From an uncultured delta proteobacterium (GTDB taxonomy: Bacteria > Myxococcota_A > Polyangia > Haliangiales > Haliangiaceae): 64,000 bases of DNA. The notes under the pieces were generated by a model. That model was not told where the DNA came from and searched no databases. It saw only the letters and a list, made by a program, of their open reading frames with translations. Position numbers and translations under genes: made by a program. Of the stretch, positions 43,959 through 55,324 are shown piece after piece (the first letter of the stretch is position 1; the number at the start of each line of letters is the position of its first letter). The stretch spans positions 224,001-288,000 of the forward strand of contig CAVUQH010000003.1 of assembly GCA_963743525.1 (NCBI GenBank). Direction: 5' to 3'.

Positions 43959-45131
43959 CTAACGGCCGGCGAGATAGTCGTCGAGCTGCTCGCGCAGGTG
44001 GGCCGGAACGTCCTCGTAGACGTCTTCCACGAGGGTATTGACGGCGGGCGGGCCGACCGCGTCCTGGCGCGCGATGACCGCGCGAACCTCTTCCTCGACG
44101 GCGGCCAGCTGGGCCGTGTGGCCGGCCTCGTCGAGCCAGCCGCGGCGCTCCATGAAGCGGCGGATGCGCTCGATCGGGTCGCGCTCGCCGCGCCAGACCG
44201 CGGTCACCGACTCGTCGCGGTAGCGCGACGGATCGTCGGAGCTGGTGTGGGCGCTGACGCGGTAGGTGAGCAGCTCGATGAACGTGGGGCCGTCGCCGCG
44301 GCGCGCCTTGTCCAGGGCGTAGGAGCTGACCGCGTGGACGGCGAGCACGTCGTTGCCGTCGGCGCGCAGCGACTCGACGCCGTAGCCGATGCCCTTGAGG
44401 GCGATGGTCTCGGCTGCGGTCTGGATGGTTCCCGGGGTCGAGATGGCCCACTGGTTGTTCTGGCAGATCAGCACCACCGGGGAGCGGAAGACGCCGGCGA
44501 AGTTCATCGCCACGTGGAAGTCCGGCTCGCTGGTGGCGCCGTCGCCCATGTAGCCGACGCAGGCGCGACCGCTGTCGCCCTGGGTCTTCATCGCCATGGC
44601 GATGCCGACGGCGTGGGGAATCTGCGAGGCGACGCACGACGACATGACCACGTAGTTGTGGTCGCGGTCGCTCGGGTGGCACGGCATCTGCCGGCCCTTG
44701 GTGACGTCGCCGGCGTTGCCGAAGATCTGCGCGACGTAGCTGTCGAGGGTCAGGCCGCGGTAGATGCCGGCGCCGGCCTCGCGCAGCGCCGGGACCAGCC
44801 AGTCGGCCGGCTGCATCGCGGCGGCGGAGCCGACCACGCTGGCCTCCTGGCCGCGCGCCTCGCCGTAGAAGCTGGTGCGCCCCTGGCGCTGCAGCGCCAG
44901 CAGGCGCTCGTCCATGACGCGGATGGTGACCATGCCGCGGTAGAGGCGCTCGATCAGCGCGCGGTCGAAGCCGGCGACGTCGGCCGGGTCGCAGCTGCCG
45001 TCCTCGCCGAGGATGCGGAACAGCCCGCGGGCCTTGGCCTCCTCGTCGCCGTCGAAGTAGGCGAACGCCGGCCCGCGCGGCAGCTGCGCCGCAGCCGTTG
45101 GGTCCGCGCTCGCCGGGGTCGCCTCGACCAC
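43959..45131 (-). CDS. 2-oxoacid dehydrogenase E1 alpha subunit (second copy)
   Basis: LQRQGR, KGRQMPCH, GDGATSE…NNQWAIS, DGND, AHTSSDD. Confidence 0.9.
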   Translation of the reverse strand: MVEATPASADPTAAAQLPRGPAFAYFDGDEEAKARGLFRILGEDGSCDPADVAGFDRALIERLYRGMVTIRVMDERLLALQRQGRTSFYGEARGQEASVVGSAAAMQPADWLVPALREAGAGIYRGLTLDSYVAQIFGNAGDVTKGRQMPCHPSDRDHNYVVMSSCVASQIPHAVGIAMAMKTQGDSGRACVGYMGDGATSEPDFHVAMNFAGVFRSPVVLICQNNQWAISTPGTIQTAAETIALKGIGYGVESLRADGNDVLAVHAVSSYALDKARRGDGPTFIELLTYRVSAHTSSDDPSRYRDESVTAVWRGERDPIERIRRFMERRGWLDEAGHTAQLAAVEEEVRAVIARQDAVGPPAVNTLVEDVYEDVPAHLREQLDDYLAGR

Positions 45132-45133
45132 GG

Positions 45134-46408
<1,275 letters not shown>

Positions 46409-46410
46409 GC

Positions 46411-47385
46411 TTACCACTCCAGGGCCTGCCGGACGCCGTTGAAGACGCGGTCGGCATTGGGCATGTACTCGTGCTCGAGCGAGTACGGGAACGGGGTGTC
46501 GAAGCCGGCGACGCGAACCACCGGCGACTCGAGATGCGCCATCGCGCGCTCGCAGATGGTCGCCACCAGCTCGGCGCCGTAGCCGCAGGTCTTGGGCGCT
46601 TCGTGCACCACCACCGCGCGGCCGGTCTTCTTGACCGAGGCGATCAGGCTGTCCACGTCGAGCGGCACCAGCGTGCGCAGGTCGAGCACCTCGCAGCTGA
46701 TCCCCTGCTCCTCGGCCTTCTTGGCCGCTTCCTCGGCGATCGGCACCATGGCGCCGTACGCGATGATCGTCACCTGCTCGCCCTCGCGGACGACGTTGGC
46801 CTGGCTGAGCGGCACCGTGTAGTCGCCCTCGGGGACGTCGCCGCGCGAGGCGCGGTAGATCCGCTTGGGCTCCATGAACAGCACCGGGTCGTTCTGGCGC
46901 ATGCAGCTGAGCAAGAGGCCCTTGGCGTCGTACGGGTTGGACGGGATGACCACCTTGAGGCCCGGGGTGTGGGCGAACAGCGCCTCGGGCGACTGCGAGT
47001 GGTAGTGACCGCCGCGGATGCCGCCGCCGTACGGCGTGCGGATGACCACCGGGCACGGGTACTGGCCGCCCGAGCGATAGCGGAACTTGGCCAGCTCGTT
47101 CACGATCTGATCGAACGCCGGGAAGATGAAGTCGGCGAACTGGATCTCGGGCACCGGGCGCATGCCGTAGAGGGCCATGCCGATGGCGCTGCCGATGATG
47201 CCGGCCTCGGCCAGCGGCGTGTCGATGACGCGGTCGGGACCGAACTCGTCGTACAGACCGCTGGTGGCGCGAAAGACGCCGCCGAACTTGCCGACGTCCT
47301 CGCCGAGGAGGACGACCTTGGACTCGCGCGCCATCTCGATGCGCAGGGCATCGTTGACCGCCTGGATGATGTTCATCGTGGGCAT
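46411..47385 (-). CDS. 2-oxoacid dehydrogenase E1 beta subunit
   Basis: GEDVGKFGGVFR, DTPLAE, EIQFADF, HSQSPE. Confidence 0.95.
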   Translation of the reverse strand: MPTMNIIQAVNDALRIEMARESKVVLLGEDVGKFGGVFRATSGLYDEFGPDRVIDTPLAEAGIIGSAIGMALYGMRPVPEIQFADFIFPAFDQIVNELAKFRYRSGGQYPCPVVIRTPYGGGIRGGHYHSQSPEALFAHTPGLKVVIPSNPYDAKGLLLSCMRQNDPVLFMEPKRIYRASRGDVPEGDYTVPLSQANVVREGEQVTIIAYGAMVPIAEEAAKKAEEQGISCEVLDLRTLVPLDVDSLIASVKKTGRAVVVHEAPKTCGYGAELVATICERAMAHLESPVVRVAGFDTPFPYSLEHEYMPNADRVFNGVRQALEW

Positions 47386-47404
47386 CGGGTTCTCCTGCCT
47401 GGTC

Positions 47405-48514
47405 CTAGTGGCTGTGCGGGTTCTTGACGCGGGCCTGCTCGTGCAGCCACGCGCGCTGCTCCACCAGGTTCCACGGCATCTCTTCGTAGACGTCGTCGAA
47501 CATCGAATCGAGCGGCGGCGGCGCCAGCGTGTCGACCTGCGCCAACAGCCGCGTGATCTCGTCGTTGTACTTCTCGGAGATGTCGCTCTCGAGCTTCTCC
47601 GACCACAGGCCGACGCCCTTGAGGTAGCCGCGGAAGCGGTTGACCGGGTCGCGGGCTTCCCACTCGGCCGGCTCGTTGGGATCGCGGTAGACCGACGGAT
47701 CGTCGGAGCTGGAGTGGCCCTGGCGCCGGTAGGTGAGCGCCTCGATCAGCGTCGGGCCCTCGCCGGCGCGGGCGCGGGCGATCGCTTCGCTGGACACCTG
47801 GATGACCGCGAGGATGTCGTTGCCGTCCACGCGGATGCCCGGCATGCCGTAGCCGATCGCCTTGGAGGCAAACGTCTTGGCCGCGGTCTGGCGCTCGCGC
47901 GGCACCGAGATGGCGTAGCCGTTGTTGCGGCAGACGAACACCACCGGGGCCTTGTAGACGCCGGCGAAGTTCATGCCGACGTGGAACTCGCCGGTCGACG
48001 AGGTGCCCTCGCCGAAGTAGGTCATGGCCACGTCGTCGGTGCCGCTGATCTTGGCCGCGTGGGCGGTGCCGACCGCTTGCGGGATCTGGGTGCCGACGGG
48101 CGAGCTGATCGAGACGGTGTTGAGCCAGTTGGCCGAGTGGTGCACCGGCATCTGCCGGCCCTTGACCGGGTCGCGCTCGTTGCCGAACAGCTGGTTGATG
48201 AACTGCTCGAGGGTGTAACCACGCCAGAACCACGAGCCCTGCTCGCGGTAGCTGGGGAACAGCCAATCGGACTGGCGAAGCGGGTAGACGGCGAAGTGTG
48301 AGGCCTCTTCACCAATCGACTTCATGTAGAAGCCGAGGCGGCCCTGCCGCTGCAGTCGCATCATGCGGTCGTCGAGGATCCGCACCTGCATCATGCAGTC
48401 GAACAAGCGGAGGAGATCTTCCTCCGGGATTTCGGGCACTTTGGCACCCTTGATGACGTTGCCTTCGTCGTCCAGGACTCGCCTGAAATCATCCTGCATC
48501 TGCACCGCGACCAT
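47405..48514 (-). CDS. 2-oxoacid dehydrogenase E1 alpha subunit (first copy)
   Basis: LQRQGRLGFY, KGRQMPVH, GEGTSS…NNGYAIS, GHSSSDDP. Confidence 0.92.
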   Translation of the reverse strand: MVAVQMQDDFRRVLDDEGNVIKGAKVPEIPEEDLLRLFDCMMQVRILDDRMMRLQRQGRLGFYMKSIGEEASHFAVYPLRQSDWLFPSYREQGSWFWRGYTLEQFINQLFGNERDPVKGRQMPVHHSANWLNTVSISSPVGTQIPQAVGTAHAAKISGTDDVAMTYFGEGTSSTGEFHVGMNFAGVYKAPVVFVCRNNGYAISVPRERQTAAKTFASKAIGYGMPGIRVDGNDILAVIQVSSEAIARARAGEGPTLIEALTYRRQGHSSSDDPSVYRDPNEPAEWEARDPVNRFRGYLKGVGLWSEKLESDISEKYNDEITRLLAQVDTLAPPPLDSMFDDVYEEMPWNLVEQRAWLHEQARVKNPHSH

Positions 48515-48660
48515 GGGCACCTCCGAATCGTGCGGCCTCGGTGTACCGGGGCCGTTCCGAGGTGTCAAGGGTGCGAGACCGCGAGGGATTTTGCTGCACC
48601 GCGTTAGCCCGGGCGGTCGGACCGCGGGGCCGTTTGACCCATCGGGTGACGGAGGTAAGA

Positions 48661-49311
48661 ATGCGCTCCGCCGCCATGTTTACGGCTCTGCTCATCACCC
48701 TCCTGGTCGTCGCCGGGGCCGCCACCTGGTCCGGCTGGATCTACACCCAGCGCCGGCGCCAGCTGGCCGGCGGACCGAGCGACCTGAGTGACGCTCCGCT
48801 GCTCGGCGACGGTCGCGGCAACCTGATCGAGCGCAGCATCTTCGAGCTGCGCGTGGGCGACGTGGTGTCGTACGACGGCCGCGACTTCCTGGTCGAAGGG
48901 GTGCTCGAGTACGACGAGGACGGGCGGCGCTGGCGCGGCGCGCGCATCGTCAACGCCGGCGACTCGCACTGGCTGATCACCGGGCTGGGCATGCAGACGT
49001 CGCTGCGGCTGATGCACACCGCCGCTGACGTCGAGCTGTCGGGCTACCCGCCCGAGACGCTGCTGGCCGGCGGCGTTCGCTACAACATGGACAAGCGCGG
49101 CACCGCGTCGGCGCGGTTCACCGGCGACCTGGGCAGCATGCCGGGCAAGCGCGGGCACGTGCGCGAAGACACCATCGACCGCTGCCGCTGGTGGCGCTAC
49201 GAGTCAGCGGGCGACGAGACGATGTTGGTCGAGCAGTGGGGCGACGAGTACCGCATCTTGCGCGGAGTCAACGTGCCCGAAGGCTCGCTCGAAATGATGC
49301 CGGGGTCCTGA
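48661..49311 (+). CDS. Membrane-anchored DUF4178-like protein
   Basis: N-terminal TM; LRVGDVVSYDGRDFLVEG…W, LVEQWG; GGAGG RBS. Confidence 0.6.
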   Translation: MRSAAMFTALLITLLVVAGAATWSGWIYTQRRRQLAGGPSDLSDAPLLGDGRGNLIERSIFELRVGDVVSYDGRDFLVEGVLEYDEDGRRWRGARIVNAGDSHWLITGLGMQTSLRLMHTAADVELSGYPPETLLAGGVRYNMDKRGTASARFTGDLGSMPGKRGHVREDTIDRCRWWRYESAGDETMLVEQWGDEYRILRGVNVPEGSLEMMPGS

Positions 49312-49312
49312 C

Positions 49313-50401
49313 ATGACGAACACGCTCCTGCCCACGACCATGGTCGGCTCGTATCCGCGGCCGCACTGGTTCACCTATCAGCTCGAGGGTCGCGACATCC
49401 TCGAGGCGTTCAAGGTGATCCACCACGCCGAGGCGTACGAGGACGCCCTGCGCACGGTGCTGCGCGACCAGGAGCTGGCCGGCCTCGACATCCTGGCCGA
49501 CGGCCAGATGTGGTTCGACGACTACTCGATGGGCATCGGCTCGTTCCTCTGGTACTGGCTCGAACGGACGCGCGGCTTCAGCAAGGAGAAGCTGCCGCAC
49601 CCGGCGCGGGCCAAGGCCCGGGGCAACGACGTCTGGGCGCTGGACGAGGCCGGCGGCGTGGCCGTGGACGGGCCGATCGAGCGCGGGCCGATCCGCATGG
49701 CGATGCTCTACCGCATGGCGCAGTCACTGACCGACCGGCCGATCAAGGCGTGCGTCGGCGCGGGCCCGGTGCAGCTGTCGACGCTGGCGCACTTTCGCGC
49801 CGGCCCGGTGAAGAACCGTTACCAGCTGAGCGAGGCGCTGGCCGACGTGTTCAACGCCGAGATCCGCGAGCTGATGGAGGCCGGCTGCCAGCACATCCAG
49901 CTCGAGGACCTGGGCGCGTGGATGCCGTTCCTGTCGGGCGAAAAGGACTACGGCTGGGTGCGCGACATCGTCAACCGGACGCTGGCCGGCACCGAGGGCG
50001 TCGCCACGTCGTGGCACTTCTGCAAGGGCAACGCGTGGGGCAACCAGCTCCACGGCATGACCGCCGGCGGCTACGGCGAGGTGCTGCCGCACTACGCCGA
50101 CGTCAACGTCAACCAGTACGTCCTCGACTTCGCCTGCCGCGAGATGGAAGACGCGGTGCTGCTGGCCGACATCCCCGCCGACAAGACCGTCGCGGTCGGC
50201 GTCATCGACGTGCGCTCGCTCGAGATCGAGCCGCCGGAGATCGTCGCCCAGCGGATCCGCAAGGTGCTCAAGCACATCGAGCCGTCGCGGGTGACGCTGA
50301 CCACCGACTGCGGGATGAAGCAGCTGCCGCGGCCGTGCGCCCGGCAGAAGCTGTGCGCGCTGGTGGCCGGGGCGGCCATCGTCCGCGCCGAGCTGTCCTG
50401 A
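49313..50401 (+). CDS. Cobalamin-independent methionine synthase II-family protein (single barrel)
   Basis: TTMVGSYPRP, QELAGLDILADG, HFCKGN (HxC), GVIDV, TDCG. Confidence 0.85.
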   Translation: MTNTLLPTTMVGSYPRPHWFTYQLEGRDILEAFKVIHHAEAYEDALRTVLRDQELAGLDILADGQMWFDDYSMGIGSFLWYWLERTRGFSKEKLPHPARAKARGNDVWALDEAGGVAVDGPIERGPIRMAMLYRMAQSLTDRPIKACVGAGPVQLSTLAHFRAGPVKNRYQLSEALADVFNAEIRELMEAGCQHIQLEDLGAWMPFLSGEKDYGWVRDIVNRTLAGTEGVATSWHFCKGNAWGNQLHGMTAGGYGEVLPHYADVNVNQYVLDFACREMEDAVLLADIPADKTVAVGVIDVRSLEIEPPEIVAQRIRKVLKHIEPSRVTLTTDCGMKQLPRPCARQKLCALVAGAAIVRAELS

Positions 50402-50466
50402 GCGTCGATCTCCGTTCGGGCAGGTTGACGCGCCCCGCGCGGGTGGTTACGCAATCGGGGTTACAC

Positions 50467-51078
50467 ATGGAACCCGTAAACGACGACCGTGACCCCGCGG
50501 GCGAGGAGCCCGCGTTCAAAGTGAACGACCGCCGCTGGTGGGTCGAGCGCGACGATCCGCCCGAGGCGGCGCCGTCGGGCGAGGCGCCGCCCGTCGAGGA
50601 CAAGCCGACCTTCGTCGCCTACCTGGAGAAGCAGCTGGCCGAGCGCGACCAGCTGCTGAAGGAGGCGACCGACCGCCAGCGCCGCGCCATCGCCGAGCTC
50701 GAGCGCGCGCAGGAGCGGATCGCCCGCGACGCCCGGCGCCAGCTGGAGCAGGACACCCGTGACCTCATCGCCAGCCTCCTGCCCGTGGTCGACGACCTCG
50801 ACCGCGCGCTGGCCGCCGCCCGCGAGACCGGCCGCGACCCGGCCCTGACCGAGGGCGTCGAGCTGGCCCGCCGCCGCTTCCTGTCGGCGCTCGCCGACCG
50901 CGGCATCAGCCGCGACGAGCCGCTCGGCCAGCCGTTCGACCCCGCCCGCCACGAAGCCGTCGCGATGGTCCCGGGCCCCGCCGGCACCCCGAGCAACACC
51001 ATCCTCGCCGTCGTCCAGCCCGGCTACCACACCGCCGACGCCCTCATCCGCCCCGCCCTAGTCGCCGTCACCAAATAG
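50467..51078 (+). CDS. grpE: Nucleotide exchange factor GrpE
   Basis: LLPVVDDLDRAL, GQPFDPARHEAV, QPGY…LIRPALVAV. Confidence 0.9.
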   Translation: MEPVNDDRDPAGEEPAFKVNDRRWWVERDDPPEAAPSGEAPPVEDKPTFVAYLEKQLAERDQLLKEATDRQRRAIAELERAQERIARDARRQLEQDTRDLIASLLPVVDDLDRALAAARETGRDPALTEGVELARRRFLSALADRGISRDEPLGQPFDPARHEAVAMVPGPAGTPSNTILAVVQPGYHTADALIRPALVAVTK

Positions 51079-52204
51079 GGGACGCTCGTTAGTTTTTCAC
51101 TTTTTTCCCGTGGTTTTCCCAGGGGTTGAGTCACCCCCTGTCGCAAGCACCGCGCCCCTACCCCGGGGCGATATCCGCCACGATCGCCTGCACTATCTCG
51201 CCGCCAGGCGACATCCGCTCCAGCCCCTCGGGGTCGAACGAGAACACCTCGCCCAGCTCGCGCGCTGCTGTCACCGCGTCGAGACGCAGCCCTGCCGCGC
51301 TGCGCCCGGACCGCTCGACCTGCGCGGGAAGCCCGTCGGTCTGCGCTGTCATCGCGTAGCCCGGCCACCGCTTCGACAGCCATGCGAGCGAGCGCGTCAC
51401 CTCGTGAGCGCCGCCCCACCACACCGTGATCTCCCTGGCGTCCGCGTCGAGCCAAGCCCCGTCTCCCACGCATCGCTCGTTCGGCAACGGCACGCCCTGC
51501 TCGTCGGCCAGGATCTCGAGCGCCGCGGGGCCCATGCCGAGCCACGCCTGTATTCGCAGCTGCGCGCGGTGAAGTCGCGCATGTTGCCCGACGGAAAACG
51601 AACGCTGAGCAACGTCTCCTGGTACGGGAACTGCGCGCACAGCCCTTCGTCCGCATCATCGCCCCGGTATTCCTACCAGGAGCACGGACGGCCGAGCACG
51701 GCTCCGCAGACGCCGAGTCGGTCGCGCAGCATGGCCGGATCGGTGGCGACCGGCGCGCGCGCGTCGGCGTCGGGCGCGGGCAGCCCGGCACGCGCGTCGA
51801 GCTCGATGATTCCTTCCGCGGACCACGCAACCCGCCACTCGGGCCATCGCAGTAGCAGGTACGGTTGGTAGATCCTTCGCAGCCCCGGACTGCAGCCGAA
51901 CGAGTGATTGCCAGTGTTCTCGAAGAAGCGCAGCTCGTGCCGATCGAAGTCCATCAGCACGCCTCCCTCACACCAGGTTGGACCGAGGAGCTCGCGACAA
52001 GGTTCCTGGTCGGGCGCCGCGGAATCATCGTGGCGCCGAACTGCGAGCGTCGAACGGCGACCTGCCCATCGCGGATGACGAGGTAGCGTGCGCGGTGGCC
52101 CACATCCCATTCTCGCATCCGGGCATGGCCGCGGGGTGCGACTGGGGTAGGGGTAACCAGCTAAGTTTACTCGTGAAAAAAGTGAAAAACTAATGAGCGT
52201 CCCC
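51078..52204. mobile_element. Putative non-autonomous cassette bounded by 33-bp inverted repeats
   Basis: GGGGACGCTCGTTAGTTTTTCACTTTTTTCCCG (51078-51110) matches the reverse complement of 52172-52204 at 31 of 33 positions; no transposase; no target-site duplication seen. Confidence 0.55.
51158..52103 (-). pseudogene. Multiply frameshifted hypothetical gene with two similar halves
   Basis: GTG 52103 MGHRARYLVIRDG…, then WCEGGVLMDFDRHELRFF…RWPEWRV, then GAWLDADAREITVW…RWPGYAM, in different frames. Confidence 0.55.
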
Positions 52205-53645
52205 GGGCTTGGCGGCGGAGGGGTTTGCCGCTGGAGCCGACTGGTAGCTCGTCGGCGGGGATGATGGCGATGGCTTTGGGGATCTTGTAGGCGGCGACGC
52301 GGGGGCGGAGCCAGGTGCGGAGGGCGGCGGCGAAGGTGGGGGCGTCGACGCCCGGGTCGCGGGGGGCGACGACGAGGGCGACGATCTGCCCCCAGTCGGG
52401 GTCGGGCTTGCCGAAGCAGACGGCGCCGGCGACGTCGGGGTGGCCGGAGACCACGCGCTCGACCTCGGCGGGGTAGACGTTGACGCCGCCGCTGATGATG
52501 GTGTCGTGCTTGCGGTCGACCAGGTAGAGGTAGTCGTCGTCGTCGACGCGGCCGAGGTCGCCGACGCTGACGAAGTCGTCGACAGCACCTGTGGGTCGGG
52601 CGATGGTGCCGTCGGCGGCCAGGTAGCCCTGCATCACCGTCGGTGAGCGGACGTAGATCTCGCCGACGCTGTTGGCCGGGACCGGCTGGCCGTCTTCGTC
52701 GACCAGGCGAAGATCGACGCCCGCCGGTGGTCGGCCGACGGAGCCCGGGCGGGTGAGCTGCTCGGCCGGCGGCAACACCGCGACGGTGCCGGTCTCCGAC
52801 GAGCCGTAGAACTCCCACAGCACGCCGTCGCCCAGCCAGTCGACCAGGCGCTGCTTGGTCGCCGGTGCGATCGGTGCGCCGGCGACGATGGCACAGCGGA
52901 TCGACGAGGTGTCGCGGGCGCGCCGGGCGGCGTCGGGCAACGCCAGGATCCGCTCGTACTGGGTCGGGACCAGGAAGAAGAAGGTCGCGCCGGTGTCGGC
53001 GACGGCGTCGAGGAACGCCTCGGGACGGAAGCGCGACATCACCACCGTGCGCGCGCCCGCGGCCATGCCGGCGCGGAGGAAGATGCCGGGCGCCGAGTGC
53101 GCCAGCGGGCAGGCGATCAGGTGCACGTCGGTGGCCGACAGGCCGTACGTGCGCGTCAGCTCGGCCGCGCGCGCGGCCTCTTGTTCGTCGCTGCGGAAGC
53201 AGCCCTTCGGGTACCCGGTGGTTCCGGACGTGTAGATGAGCGTCGCACCGATGGCGTCGCGCAGCGGCACCGGCGCGCCCGGCGCGCGCGCGGCATCGGC
53301 GATCGACACCACCGCCGGCGCGGCGTTCTTGTCCGGGAGATCCCCGATCGCGGCCGTGGCCACCGGCGCCAGCGCCTCGGTGCAGAGAATCACGTCCGGG
53401 CGCGCGTCGTCGATGACGAAGGCGACCTCCGGCGGGGCCAGCTTGGGATTCACCGGTACGGCGACCCGGCCGAGCGCCGTCACCGCCTCGCGCGCGATGA
53501 CGAATTCCGGGCTGTTGCCGGCGAGAATCGCTACTCGCTCGTCGGCGGCGGCGCGGTCGGCCAGAAATCTGGCCACCCGTCCGGCCGGCTCGGCGATGCC
53601 GGCGCGGTCGATCTCGAAGCGCTGTACAGCCTGCTCGCCCATCAC
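52167..53645 (-). CDS. Acyl-CoA synthetase (AMP-binding)
   Basis: YTSGTTGYPKG, YGSSETG, GDLG, ISGGVNVYPAEVE, SGK. Confidence 0.9.
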   Translation of the reverse strand: MMGEQAVQRFEIDRAGIAEPAGRVARFLADRAAADERVAILAGNSPEFVIAREAVTALGRVAVPVNPKLAPPEVAFVIDDARPDVILCTEALAPVATAAIGDLPDKNAAPAVVSIADAARAPGAPVPLRDAIGATLIYTSGTTGYPKGCFRSDEQEAARAAELTRTYGLSATDVHLIACPLAHSAPGIFLRAGMAAGARTVVMSRFRPEAFLDAVADTGATFFFLVPTQYERILALPDAARRARDTSSIRCAIVAGAPIAPATKQRLVDWLGDGVLWEFYGSSETGTVAVLPPAEQLTRPGSVGRPPAGVDLRLVDEDGQPVPANSVGEIYVRSPTVMQGYLAADGTIARPTGAVDDFVSVGDLGRVDDDDYLYLVDRKHDTIISGGVNVYPAEVERVVSGHPDVAGAVCFGKPDPDWGQIVALVVAPRDPGVDAPTFAAALRTWLRPRVAAYKIPKAIAIIPADELPVGSSGKPLRRQARGRSLVFHFFHE

Positions 53646-53695
53646 GATCCTTGACGCGACTCCGGGTTCATCGTAGCGATCTTCATCGCAGGTAG

Positions 53696-55312
53696 GTGGA
53701 CATGGACAGGCGGTTGAGCCAGAAGTACCGGCTCGGAGGGCGGATCGGCGGCGGCGGGATGGCCGAAGTCCTGCGTGCCACGGCGGTGGGCGCCGAGGGA
53801 TTCACTCGCCCGGTGGCGGTCAAGCGGATCCAGCCCGAGCTGTCGTCCGACCCCAAGTTCGGCGACATGTTCATCAACGAGGCGCGCATCGCCTCGCTGC
53901 TCCACCACCCGAACATCGCCGCGGTCATCGACTTCGATCGCGACGAAGACGGCACCTACTACCTGGTGATGGAGCTGATCCACGGGATCGATCTGCGCAC
54001 CCTGCGCGACAGCGGCACGCTGCCGTTCGAGGTCGTCACCCACGTCATCGGCGAGGTGCTCAAGGGGCTCGCCTACGCCCACGAGCTGACCCACGACGGC
54101 AAGCACCTGGGCATCGTCCACCGCGACGTCTCGCCGCACAACGTGATGATCGGCTGGGACGGCAGCGTCAAGCTGGTCAACTTCGGCATCGCCAAGGCGG
54201 TCGCTGCCACCCAGTCGCTGGTCGTCTCCAACCAGTCGCAGGAAGGATCGCTCAAGGGCAAGGTCGCCTACATGAGCCCGGAGCAGGCCCACGGCGAGCG
54301 ACTGGACGGCCGCAGCGACGTCTTCGCCGTCGGCGTCATGCTCCACGAGCTGCTCACCGGGCGGCGGCTGTTCACCGGCGCGACCGAGCCGGAGGTGCTG
54401 GCGCGCATGCTCCACCAGCCGATCGCGCCGCCCAACCTGGCGCGCCCCGAGGTGCCGGCCGATCTGTCGGCGGTGGCGCTGCGCATGCTCGAGCGCGACA
54501 AGCGCCGCCGCTACCGCAACGCCCGGGCTGCGCTCGAGGCGCTGCTGTCGTGCGCCAGCGCCAGCGCCCGTGGCGGTCTGGCGCTGCAGGACGTGCTGCG
54601 CCAGCGCTTCTCCGATCAGGTCCCGCGCATTCCGACCGCGGTGTCGTCGCCGCGCTCGGTCGTCGACACCATGCCCGAGACGGTCACCGCCCAGCGCCCG
54701 GTGCGCCAGCCGGTCGGCCGCACGCTCACCGATCCGGGCAGCAGCGGCACCCCCAGTGCCGTCGGCCAGCGCGGCACGCGCACGCGAACACGGCCGGGCC
54801 GCTCGCACTCGGCGCTGTGGATTGCCGGCGGCGCCGGCTTCATGGTCGCGGCCGGTATCATTCTGTTTGCCGCGCTGTCCGGTGGCAGCTCGCCGACGCC
54901 AACCGAGCCGCAGGTGATCGCGGGCAAGATGCCGCCGCTTGCCGCCGACATCGACGCCGCGGCTGTTGCTGCGCCGCCGGTGCGAACCAACGCGCCGCTG
55001 CCGGCTACCAGCATCGACGCCGGCCCGGCCGCCGCTCCGCCCGCGCGCACGGCGCCGCGCACGGCCCGCCACCATCACGAGGCCCTGCGCCCGGTCGACC
55101 CCGCGGAGCCGGGCACCCTGCGGATCACCGTGGATCCATGGGCGACGGTCGTCATCGACGGCAAGCCTCGCGGCAGCACTCCGTTCAAGGGCAAGCTGAC
55201 GCCCGGCGAGCACCGTATCGAGCTGCGCAACGACGAGCTGGGCAAGGCCGAGACGGTCCAGGTCACCCTCGAGTCCGGTCTGCCCAAACGGATCGACCGC
55301 CACTGGAAGTAG
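53696..55312 (+). CDS. Membrane Ser/Thr protein kinase with C-terminal PEGA-like domain (DFG reads NFG)
   Basis: GGGGMAEV, VAVKR, HRDVSPHN, KGKVAYMSPEQ, TM helix, GSTP…PGEHRIEL. Confidence 0.9.
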   Translation: MDMDRRLSQKYRLGGRIGGGGMAEVLRATAVGAEGFTRPVAVKRIQPELSSDPKFGDMFINEARIASLLHHPNIAAVIDFDRDEDGTYYLVMELIHGIDLRTLRDSGTLPFEVVTHVIGEVLKGLAYAHELTHDGKHLGIVHRDVSPHNVMIGWDGSVKLVNFGIAKAVAATQSLVVSNQSQEGSLKGKVAYMSPEQAHGERLDGRSDVFAVGVMLHELLTGRRLFTGATEPEVLARMLHQPIAPPNLARPEVPADLSAVALRMLERDKRRRYRNARAALEALLSCASASARGGLALQDVLRQRFSDQVPRIPTAVSSPRSVVDTMPETVTAQRPVRQPVGRTLTDPGSSGTPSAVGQRGTRTRTRPGRSHSALWIAGGAGFMVAAGIILFAALSGGSSPTPTEPQVIAGKMPPLAADIDAAAVAAPPVRTNAPLPATSIDAGPAAAPPARTAPRTARHHHEALRPVDPAEPGTLRITVDPWATVVIDGKPRGSTPFKGKLTPGEHRIELRNDELGKAETVQVTLESGLPKRIDRHWK

Positions 55313-55324
55313 TCGGCGGCCGCG

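Noticed and set aside
50420..50466. CIRCE element before grpE
   Set aside because: No TTAGCACTC-N9-GAGTGCTAA is present.
51078..52204. Autonomous Tn3-family transposon
   Set aside because: The ends start with GGGG, but there is no transposase or resolvase and the flanks (AAATA / GGGCT) are not duplicated.
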